The notes below the pieces were generated by a model. The model was given only the letters and a program-made list of their open reading frames with translations, had not been told where the DNA came from and searched no databases. Of a stretch of 64,000 nucleotides of DNA, positions 56,600 through 64,000 are shown in pieces. Position 1 is the stretch's first letter. Every line of letters begins with the position of its first letter. This DNA comes from Patescibacteria group bacterium. GTDB taxonomy: Bacteria; Patescibacteriota; Patescibacteriia; Buchananbacterales; UBA6539. The translations under genes and the position numbers were made by a program. The DNA lies in contig JAVEXP010000002.1 of assembly GCA_034003985.1 (NCBI GenBank), forward strand, positions 208,789 to 272,788. Reading direction: 5' to 3'.

Positions 56600-57454
56600 A
56601 TGTCTTTTGTAAATACACTGCCATACATAAGTAATCCAATTGAAGAATTTAAGGATTATCGTTTTGTAGATTGGGAATCCGGAATATATCCGACATTTAA
56701 AGCCGGCACAGATCCTGAAGAAATACATTTCTTCACTGATTTAATCCAGTCTCAAGGATTACGGAAAATACTTGACCTCGGCGTTGGCGGAGGAGTTGAA
56801 TTGGCAGATATCTGTAAGAATTTAAAGAAATATAATTATCCCGTTGAGTCGATAGAAGCAAATGAGGTTGATGCTACATTCATTCAATTAGCTCATAAGC
56901 ACTTCCAATCTCAAGAATTAAAAATTTTAATCCATAAGGCTAATTGGCTTGACCTTCCAAAAGCTGAGCCACCATACACTCATAACTTTGACTTTGCATT
57001 TTTAACAGGCAATTCATTGACCTATATAGGTGGTGGAACTCGTGAATATACTAAAAGAGCGCAACAATCGGTAGTAAGTAAATTCTCGGGGATGATTGAT
57101 AAGGGTGGCTACTTGTTTATTGATTCTCGTAATTACGATTATATTTATTCTTTGATGAACTTGTCGCGAGAAGAAATCTTTGAAAATTTCACGTTCCCTT
57201 ACAGTATTTATTACCATGGTTTTCAAGAAAAGATTTTGGTTTTTCCTGCCTATATAAGTGACACAGTTGTTGTTTTGCATTATTATGATAAAGAGAAAAG
57301 AGTCTGGAGCAAGCTTGATCTGTACCCGATATACCAGAAAGACATGTTGGATATTTTAAGTAAAGATTTTGAGGTTGAAAAAGTTATCTACGACTTTGGT
57401 AAGGGTTCAAAAGACAAGAGTTTATTCGTTCAGTACTTAGTAAGGAGAAAGTAA
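56600..57454 (+). CDS. class I SAM-dependent methyltransferase (small-molecule N-methyltransferase-like)
   Basis: ILDLGVGGG, ANW.DL, FDFAFLTGNSL, GGYLFIDSRNYD. Confidence 0.8.
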   Translation: MSFVNTLPYISNPIEEFKDYRFVDWESGIYPTFKAGTDPEEIHFFTDLIQSQGLRKILDLGVGGGVELADICKNLKKYNYPVESIEANEVDATFIQLAHKHFQSQELKILIHKANWLDLPKAEPPYTHNFDFAFLTGNSLTYIGGGTREYTKRAQQSVVSKFSGMIDKGGYLFIDSRNYDYIYSLMNLSREEIFENFTFPYSIYYHGFQEKILVFPAYISDTVVVLHYYDKEKRVWSKLDLYPIYQKDMLDILSKDFEVEKVIYDFGKGSKDKSLFVQYLVRRK

Positions 57455-57499
57455 TCAAGGAAGGGGACCCAAGAATATTTTTTATCGAGTGACCTGAGT

Positions 57500-57524
57500 G
57501 GTTCGATTCCTAAAAAGGCTGCCA
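57500..57524 (+). repeat. attR-like degenerate copy of the tRNA-Glu 3' end
   Basis: GGTTCGATTCCtaaaaaGGCTGCCA vs tRNA GGTTCGATTCCcccacgGGCTGCCA (19/25 in two blocks). Confidence 0.8.
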
Positions 57525-57573
57525 GAACACAATAGTATCGAAGGCTGACCTAAAAGGCTTTTGATTATGAAAT

Positions 57574-57610
57574 AATTACAAAACACGGCGAGTAGCCGTG
57601 TTTTGTAATT
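57574..57610. terminator. bidirectional terminator
   Basis: AATTACAAAACACGGC-GAGTA-GCCGTGTTTTGTAATT. Confidence 0.8.
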
Positions 57611-57614
57611 TAGG

Positions 57615-58916
57615 TTAATTCCCCAATAATCTGATTTTTTTGTTGGTGTAAATAAGCTTACTTTTCAGTAGCGACAACAGTTCGCGTTTTTCCGAGATAT
57701 TGCCGTTTTGTATTAAATATTTGGCGTACGCTCGTATGTCAATTTTCTTTGTTTCAATTTTATTATGACTTCCGCCAAGTACGGAAGTCTGCAGATTGTT
57801 TAATCTTCTTACCTCGTCTTCAAACTTTCCTTGAACTCCAAGTTGATCTATCTCAACCTTATCAATTGTTTTTGCCAATTCGTTTATGAGCGATTCCTCC
57901 CGAATATAAGTGTTTTTACATTCGGGATTTTTGGCTCTGGTGCAACCGTAGTAAATATATTTGGCGGTTGTCCCGTCAGTCAATTTTTTGAATTTTTCTT
58001 GTCCTGTGATACTGGATCCGCACAGGCCACAAACCATGAGTTTGGTAAAGGCAAATTCTTTGTTTTTGGCGCCGCAGGTTGCTTCAATGGTTTTGATGTT
58101 GACTTGCGCCTGATCGAAAAGTTTTTGAGTGATAATCGGTTTATGTTTGCCCTGATACCACTTGCCGCTGTTTTTTGGGTATTCAAACATGCCGTAGTAG
58201 AACGGGTTTCTCAATAGATTATATATTCCACTCAGTGCCAGTGTTTTTTGACCTCTGGTTTTGAAATTAAGGTCAAACTTCAACCAGTTGTATATTTTTC
58301 TACCACTCCAGCGCTCATTGGCAACTTTTTCAAATATCTGCTTGATTATCGGTGCGCGCAGGGGATCAACGATGATCTGGCACTTCTTATCCATTTGATT
58401 TTGGTTCAGATAGCCCAGGGGTGCCATGCCCGGCCACAAACCCATTTCTACCCTCGTTCTCATGCCTCTTTTGACGTTTTCTCCGCGATGATCGTTTTCC
58501 AGTTTGGCGGTACTTCCCAAAATCATCAGCATGAATTTTTCATTTGGGTTATTGGTGAATGTTTGTCCGTGGGTTCTTATTTCCGCCAACAATCCTTGAT
58601 CCATAAGATCGACTATGGCGCCCAAGTCCCCGGCGTTACGACTTAAACGATCCGGAGCCCAAGTGATGATGCCGTTGAATCTGCCGGTTCTAATGTCACC
58701 CAAAAGCTCATTAAAGATTTCCCGCTGTCCCGTGTCCTTGGCCGAGTGACTTTCCCGTTTGATTTCAACAATGTCCAAATTTTCCCGAACGGCAATATCC
58801 AACATTTCCTTAACTTGGGAATCGATTGACAGCACCTGGCGCTCCTCGGATTCCGTTGATTTTCTCGCGTAAAGGCAGTATTTGATTTTTTGTTCCGGCG
58901 TGATTGCGTTTTCCAT
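57615..58916 (-). CDS. large serine recombinase
   Basis: YCLYARKSTES, PDRLSRNAGD, APLGY, NPFYYG, CGLCG..YYGC. Confidence 0.93.
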   Translation of the reverse strand: MENAITPEQKIKYCLYARKSTESEERQVLSIDSQVKEMLDIAVRENLDIVEIKRESHSAKDTGQREIFNELLGDIRTGRFNGIITWAPDRLSRNAGDLGAIVDLMDQGLLAEIRTHGQTFTNNPNEKFMLMILGSTAKLENDHRGENVKRGMRTRVEMGLWPGMAPLGYLNQNQMDKKCQIIVDPLRAPIIKQIFEKVANERWSGRKIYNWLKFDLNFKTRGQKTLALSGIYNLLRNPFYYGMFEYPKNSGKWYQGKHKPIITQKLFDQAQVNIKTIEATCGAKNKEFAFTKLMVCGLCGSSITGQEKFKKLTDGTTAKYIYYGCTRAKNPECKNTYIREESLINELAKTIDKVEIDQLGVQGKFEDEVRRLNNLQTSVLGGSHNKIETKKIDIRAYAKYLIQNGNISEKRELLSLLKSKLIYTNKKIRLLGN

Positions 58917-59023
58917 ACAACAACATTGATGACGCAACCCTTTCAGTGAGTCCAGAGTGGGTGAGTAGGTAAACTGTAGATAACTAATTCTGCAATTTTG
59001 GGGTAGAATTTTATTTTTTACGA

Positions 59024-59052
59024 TTGACTTTTATGCCTAAGCGTGGCAAAAT
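59024..59052 (+). promoter_or_regulatory. sigma70 promoter of R-M operon
   Basis: TTGACT-17-CAAAAT with extended TG. Confidence 0.55.
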
Positions 59053-59085
59053 AAATAGTATAATGGTCAAAATCAACATAGCGCC

Positions 59086-59910
59086 ATGACTAATAAAAAA
59101 ACAAATCTACCAAAGAATAGTATGCCAACATATTTTTTAGATGGTAATTTTGCTTTGTATCATGGCGATGCTCTTGAAGTATTGTCTAAGTTTAAACCTA
59201 ATCAATTTGATATGGTTTTTGCAGATCCGCCATATAATTTATCTAATGGTGGTTTTTCTGTTCATGCAGGAAAAAGAGTTAGCGTGAACAAGGGTGACTG
59301 GGATAGAAGTAAAGGTTTTAAAGATGATTACGAGTTTCATTTTAAATGGTTAGAAGCATGTAAAAGAATATTAAAACCCGGCGGAACCCTTTGGGTTAGT
59401 GGAACCTACCACTCAATTTACCAATGCGGGCATGCAATACAAGCACTCGACTATCATATTTTAAATGATGTTGCTTGGTTTAAACCTAATGCATCACCTA
59501 ATTTAAGCTGTCGTTTTTTTACAGCCAGTCATGAAACTTTGATATGGGCAAGAAAAGAGAAAAAAGCAAAGCATAAGTTTAATTATGACTTAATGAAAAA
59601 TGGTGAGTGGACAGAAGATTTTATAAAAAAACCCAACAAGCAGATGAGAAGTGTTTGGTCTATCAATACCCCCAGACCAGGAGAAAAGAAATTTGGAAAG
59701 CATCCAACACAGAAACCCGTTGATTTACTGGTTAGAATAATTCTAGCAAGTACTGATAGAGGCGACTTAGTTTTGGATCCATTTACAGGATCTTCCACTA
59801 CTGGTTTAGCGGCGTTTTTAAATGATAGAAAGTTTATCGGCATTGACTCAGAGAAAAAATATCTTGATTTATCTGTTAAGAGACTTAAAGATTTAAAGAA
59901 AAATAAATGA
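59086..59910 (+). CDS. beta-class adenine DNA methyltransferase, DpnA-like
   Basis: FADPPYNLSNGG, SVNKGDWD, HPTQKP, DPFTGSSTT. Confidence 0.92.
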   Translation: MTNKKTNLPKNSMPTYFLDGNFALYHGDALEVLSKFKPNQFDMVFADPPYNLSNGGFSVHAGKRVSVNKGDWDRSKGFKDDYEFHFKWLEACKRILKPGGTLWVSGTYHSIYQCGHAIQALDYHILNDVAWFKPNASPNLSCRFFTASHETLIWARKEKKAKHKFNYDLMKNGEWTEDFIKKPNKQMRSVWSINTPRPGEKKFGKHPTQKPVDLLVRIILASTDRGDLVLDPFTGSSTTGLAAFLNDRKFIGIDSEKKYLDLSVKRLKDLKKNK

Positions 59911-60824
59911 AGTTTTTGGATTTTTACAAAAAGAAGTTGAATTGTCAGAATGAAGGTGATGTCTTTGATTATTTAATTTCTAATTTGAAACCAAGTAACA
60001 CGCTTTGGTCATATTTTGTTAACTGGGACAAAGTTTTTGAAAATACAAAAAAGATTGAGCTGGCCTTAAACACTTTAAATTATTTGGTTGGAAAAGATGA
60101 TTTTGATAAGGAGTTCAAATTCTTACTTAAACAAAATCCTGAAGTCGCTGAAGTTTTACCGGCGCTAGTTGTTAGAGATGGTAATAATAAAAAGAAATTT
60201 AAGGTTTTAGTTGATTTTCAGGGTAAAAAATTAGTATATGAAGATTTTGATTTCACAAAGAAAAAATTTACTGACAATGATATTAATAAATATTTAATAT
60301 TTGTAAAAAATACTAGAATTAAAGACTTAATTATTTCCAAGAAGATTAAAAATCTAGTTGATTATATGATTGGCGTGGAAGCTGGTTTAGATAGTAATGG
60401 GAGAAAGAATCGTGGTGGTCATGCAATGGAGGACATTGTCGAAGTTTTTATTAAAGATTTATGTAAAAGAAAAAAGTTTAGATATTTAAAAGAAGCTAAT
60501 TCGGATAAAATAAAAAAAGAATTTGGTTATGATGTTCCGGTAGATAAATCTTCAAGACGATATGATTTTGTAATTGACAATGGAAAAGAGCCAATAATTT
60601 TTGAAACTAATTTCTACGGTGGTGGCGGATCTAAGTTGAAGTCTACTGCTGGCGAATACAGAAATCTATTTGATGTTTTAGGCGGTAAATTTAAATTTAT
60701 TTGGATTACGGATGGTTCTGGTTGGAGAACGACTTCCAGGCCATTGAATGAAACATTCAGCCATAATGATTATTTGTTTACACTTTCACTACTAGAAAAA
60801 GATATTTTAGATACTCTTATTTAA
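59907..60824 (+). CDS. DpnII-family type II restriction endonuclease (GATC predicted)
   Basis: YFVNW.KV, GVEAGLDSNGRKNRGG..ME, ETNFYGGGGSKL, WITDG.GW. Confidence 0.9.
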   Translation: MKFLDFYKKKLNCQNEGDVFDYLISNLKPSNTLWSYFVNWDKVFENTKKIELALNTLNYLVGKDDFDKEFKFLLKQNPEVAEVLPALVVRDGNNKKKFKVLVDFQGKKLVYEDFDFTKKKFTDNDINKYLIFVKNTRIKDLIISKKIKNLVDYMIGVEAGLDSNGRKNRGGHAMEDIVEVFIKDLCKRKKFRYLKEANSDKIKKEFGYDVPVDKSSRRYDFVIDNGKEPIIFETNFYGGGGSKLKSTAGEYRNLFDVLGGKFKFIWITDGSGWRTTSRPLNETFSHNDYLFTLSLLEKDILDTLI

Positions 60825-60911
60825 TCCAAAGAATAATTAAAGTCATCAAGGATTTTTTGCCATATCCTTAATTTTACCGAAATAGATTTATGATATTAAT
60901 AAATTTGGGTA

Positions 60912-63296
60912 ATGAAGATTAGTAGAATAAAAGAAATTAAAAATATTGGCACATTCGCCAAATTTGAGAATGGCGGTTCTTTTGGATTTGAAAAATTAAC
61001 TTTCATATATGGCTTAAATACATACGGAAAGACAACTCTCGCTGATATTTTTCAGTCTTTAAAGCTACACAATCCCTCTTTAATTATAAATCGAAAAACT
61101 ATTCCAGAGATAGCTATTTCTCAGAAGGCAGAAGTATCTGCAAAAGAAACTGATGATGGATCAGAAAAAATTATCAAATTTGAAAATAGCAATTGGATCG
61201 ACAATACAATAGCTAATGATCTAGAGGTTTTTGGAACAGATTTTATTCATAATAATGTATTTACAGGTTTATTGATTGAAAGGAAAAATCGAGAAAATTT
61301 TACGAATTTTATTTTAGGAGATCAGGGGGTTAAATTAGCAGAGAGTATAAAAGAAAAAAAGAAAGTTTTAGGAGATAAAAAAAGAGATCTTCGTAATTAC
61401 ACTCCTGTGTTCGTAAAGAATTTTACCAACAAAGAGATTGAGGAATTTGTTAATTATGATATTAGCAAATTGAATAAAGATGATTTAGATTCAGAATTGA
61501 TTAGGAGTAAATCCCTTTTGCAAAAAGAAAAAGATCGATTAAAGGAGCCAACAAAGATTACCAATATGGATGAGCCAAAATCTTTCGGCTCCATTGATGT
61601 CGATTACATGGACATTATCAACACTATAAATAATTTGTTAGATAAAGATTATCAGGAGATAAAAAAAGAAAGTATAGATATGTTGGACAAGCACATTTCT
61701 AATAATTTTTCTGATGTTGATGGTGCGAAAAATTGGATACAAAGAGGATTAAAATACTGTCTAGATAAAGAAAAAGGAAAGTGTCCATTTTGTAGTCAAA
61801 ATTTAAACAATGTTAAAGATCTGATTGATCTTTACGATTCATATTTTGATAAAGCTTATACAGATTTTATAGACGAAGTTGTTACTGGATTGGACATTAA
61901 TATAAATACATTAAAAAATCGTAATCTAAATAATTATTCAGTAGTTCAATCTGCTTTACTTAAGGCAAATTTATATAAAGATCTAATAATAACTAAAGAG
62001 TATCAATCATATCTACAGAAGCTTATAAGCAATTTATCTCATTTAAAAGAAGATGAATTACAAGAGGAAAAATTCAGAATAGTAGAATCATTTGAAAATA
62101 AAATTTCTAGTAAAATTAAAATTCCATATGAGAAAATTGAAAAACTTGATCCTTCCGATTTCAAGAAAAATTTAGATGAATATAAAATTAATTTAGAGGA
62201 ATGTCGAGATATAGTAGATTCAATACTTACAGCGATTAAGGAATTTAAAAAACAATACAGTAATGTAGTCAGTATCATTGATGCTATAAAAGGTTTGGAA
62301 TCTGATATTCAAGATTTAGAATTTAAAAAAGCTAGATTTGAGCAGAATGATGAGTGTGTAGCCTATAAGAAATTAATCAGCGAAATAGAAAAATTAGAAA
62401 CTGGTGAAGAGGGAATCAAAAATTTGGAAGAAAAATTACAGAAAGATCAAACTGATTTTTTGTCTGACTATTTTGGAAAGATTAATAATTTATTTGTTAA
62501 GTTTGGTAGTAAAAATTTCACTTTAATAAAAGAAGAAGATAGCTCAGGGCACTTACCAGTATATTCGTTGAAAGTGCAATTTCACAATAAACCAATATCA
62601 AATGATAAATTGTGTAATGTTTTTAGTGAGTCAGATAGAAGAGCTTTAGCTTTATCGATATTTTTCGCAAAATTAGAATTGAAAGATAAACAAGAACAAA
62701 ATAAGACAGTCATAATTTTAGATGATCCTATCACAAGTTTTGATGACAACAGGACTACTAATTCAATAAACTATTTTAAAGAGGTTCTTGGTAAAAGTAG
62801 CCAGATGATTATTTTGACACACTATACACATTTTATTAAACGATTTTGTGAAATAACAAAGAAAGATAGTATAACTACGAAGTTTTTAAAGATTGAACAA
62901 AATGAATACTCTAGTTATTTAGAAAATATTACTCGCGAAGAACTAATTATAAACGATTATGAAAAGATATTTATGAAGATTTATAATTTTATCAACAAAA
63001 AAACTTCTGAGAATATAAAAGCAGATTTAAGACCTTTCCTTGAAAATTTATATTTTCCTACAATATTTAGTAAAAAAATACACGATGACAATGTTGACTG
63101 TAGTAACTTAGAGACTATAATTGATGGTTTATTTTCTGACTATGAAGAAGTTAAAAATAAATTTCATGAGTTTAGAAACACTTTGAATCCTGATTCACAT
63201 TTATTCACCTCAAACAATATTGAAGATGTTCGCAATTTTGCAAAGGAAATGTTTGAATATATCTATTCTTTAAGTATAGTAGGCTCGAGAAAGTAA
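60912..63296 (+). CDS. RloC-like AAA_13 (Rad50/SMC-type) ATPase with zinc hook and C-terminal HEPN-like tail
   Basis: IYGLNTYGKTT, CPFC, FSESDRRALAL, ILDDPITSFD, LTH, RNTLNPDSH. Confidence 0.8.
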   Translation: MKISRIKEIKNIGTFAKFENGGSFGFEKLTFIYGLNTYGKTTLADIFQSLKLHNPSLIINRKTIPEIAISQKAEVSAKETDDGSEKIIKFENSNWIDNTIANDLEVFGTDFIHNNVFTGLLIERKNRENFTNFILGDQGVKLAESIKEKKKVLGDKKRDLRNYTPVFVKNFTNKEIEEFVNYDISKLNKDDLDSELIRSKSLLQKEKDRLKEPTKITNMDEPKSFGSIDVDYMDIINTINNLLDKDYQEIKKESIDMLDKHISNNFSDVDGAKNWIQRGLKYCLDKEKGKCPFCSQNLNNVKDLIDLYDSYFDKAYTDFIDEVVTGLDININTLKNRNLNNYSVVQSALLKANLYKDLIITKEYQSYLQKLISNLSHLKEDELQEEKFRIVESFENKISSKIKIPYEKIEKLDPSDFKKNLDEYKINLEECRDIVDSILTAIKEFKKQYSNVVSIIDAIKGLESDIQDLEFKKARFEQNDECVAYKKLISEIEKLETGEEGIKNLEEKLQKDQTDFLSDYFGKINNLFVKFGSKNFTLIKEEDSSGHLPVYSLKVQFHNKPISNDKLCNVFSESDRRALALSIFFAKLELKDKQEQNKTVIILDDPITSFDDNRTTNSINYFKEVLGKSSQMIILTHYTHFIKRFCEITKKDSITTKFLKIEQNEYSSYLENITREELIINDYEKIFMKIYNFINKKTSENIKADLRPFLENLYFPTIFSKKIHDDNVDCSNLETIIDGLFSDYEEVKNKFHEFRNTLNPDSHLFTSNNIEDVRNFAKEMFEYIYSLSIVGSRK

Positions 63297-63297
63297 T

Positions 63298-63726
63298 ATG
63301 AAACAAGATAATTTGATTGGAATTGGTAAATATAAAAAAGAAATAACCATTTCTGAATCAAAAGTAATTGAGGCGGTTAGAGATTGGGCATATAAAAATT
63401 GTTGGGGATTAAGGCCTATTATTAAACATGGCCATAACCCCGGTGTTGATTTAGAATTAACAAATGAAAAAACAAGACATAAGTATTTTATTGAATGCAA
63501 GGGTGGATCACATCATGAGGTAAATTTTGTTTATTCCTTAGGTCAAATAATTACCCGCATGAACCGCGTCCCTAAAGGGGTAAATTATGGAATTGCATTG
63601 CCGACGAAATCAGCAGAAATTGCCAGACGAAGGATCCCTAAAGGTTTTGCCACAAGAAATAAGCTGACCATTTTTTCAGTTTCTAACGATGGTAGAGTTC
63701 GGAGATATACACCAAAGGATTTTTGA
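63298..63726 (+). CDS. PD-(D/E)xK restriction-endonuclease-like protein
   Basis: PGVDL..FIECKG..LGQIITRM..YGIALP. Confidence 0.7.
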   Translation: MKQDNLIGIGKYKKEITISESKVIEAVRDWAYKNCWGLRPIIKHGHNPGVDLELTNEKTRHKYFIECKGGSHHEVNFVYSLGQIITRMNRVPKGVNYGIALPTKSAEIARRRIPKGFATRNKLTIFSVSNDGRVRRYTPKDF

Positions 63727-63864
63727 TATAAGTAAAACTTATTTTATTTGAAATATACCAGTAGGTAACCTGTAGGTAACTCAGACTTCGCAAAAACCCT
63801 AACCTAAGCTAATATACGATGGACATTTGTCCATTTTTTGGTTAAAATGTAATTGACAATTAAG

Positions 63865-63998
63865 TGACCTAAACCCGTCGTTTTCGGCGGGCATGGTCAA
63901 AAATCGTAAGAGACATACAACCCGTCATTCAGGGCGTGAGTTACGTTATGCAGGGAAACTTGCATAGGGGCTTTAAAACCCTCCTGGTGGCGGGCTTT
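63865..63998 (+). ncRNA. candidate structured RNA motif, copy B
   Basis: homologous to 54137-54008; promoter TGGACA(63820)-17-TAAAAT. Confidence 0.7.
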
Positions 63999-64000
63999 AT

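Larger units (their letters stand above)
49261..57524. mobile_element. integrative island 1 (~8.3 kb) at the tRNA-Glu 3' end
   Basis: bounded by GGTTCGATTCC-N6-GGCTGCCA at 49244-49268 and 57500-57524; serine recombinase plus AAA_25-like helicase; codon style differs from core. Confidence 0.8.
57517..64000. mobile_element. integrative island 2 (defence cargo); right end lies outside the window
   Basis: second serine recombinase next to the att-like site; low-GC R-M and ATPase cargo. Confidence 0.7.

Noticed and set aside
57490-57524. Second tRNA gene
   Set aside because: Only the T-loop and the CCA end match; the T stem is broken and there are no D or anticodon arms, so it is treated as an att site

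Overview
AT-rich bacterial chromosome, genetic code 11. Gene content and style point to Patescibacteria/CPR (Parcubacteria-like); this is an inference from the reduced dcw cluster, the mostly Shine-Dalgarno-less core genes, the solo VirD4-like ATPase and CPR-type surface proteins. Positions 1-49.2 kb are core: rplJL, tsaB, mraZ-rsmH-ftsL-ftsI-murF, cysS, corA, prmC-prfA-rpmE, a CIRCE/hrcA-grpE-hsp20-dnaK-dnaJ cluster and a surface glycosylation locus. Five GC-richer, self-contained promoter-SD-ORF-terminator cassettes are interspersed among these genes. From tRNA-Glu(CTC) at 49194 to the window end lies a tandem array of two serine-recombinase islands carrying defence-like cargo: a wHTH + two HEPN-like gene operon, a DpnII-type R-M pair, an RloC-like ATPase and a PD-(D/E)xK nuclease. 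Best leads: (1) a ~130-nt covarying, pseudoknot-like RNA motif present once in each island at identical spacing from a sigma70 promoter; (2) an integrase whose C-terminus is predicted to switch on integration, from ...WQPF* in the excised circle to a tRNA-antisense-encoded ...QDENLAS* tail; (3) the transcript-shaped foreign cassettes; (4) a convergent pair of structured ~110-nt repeats at 15.7-16.0 kb. All family calls come from motif recognition by eye; no database searches were run.
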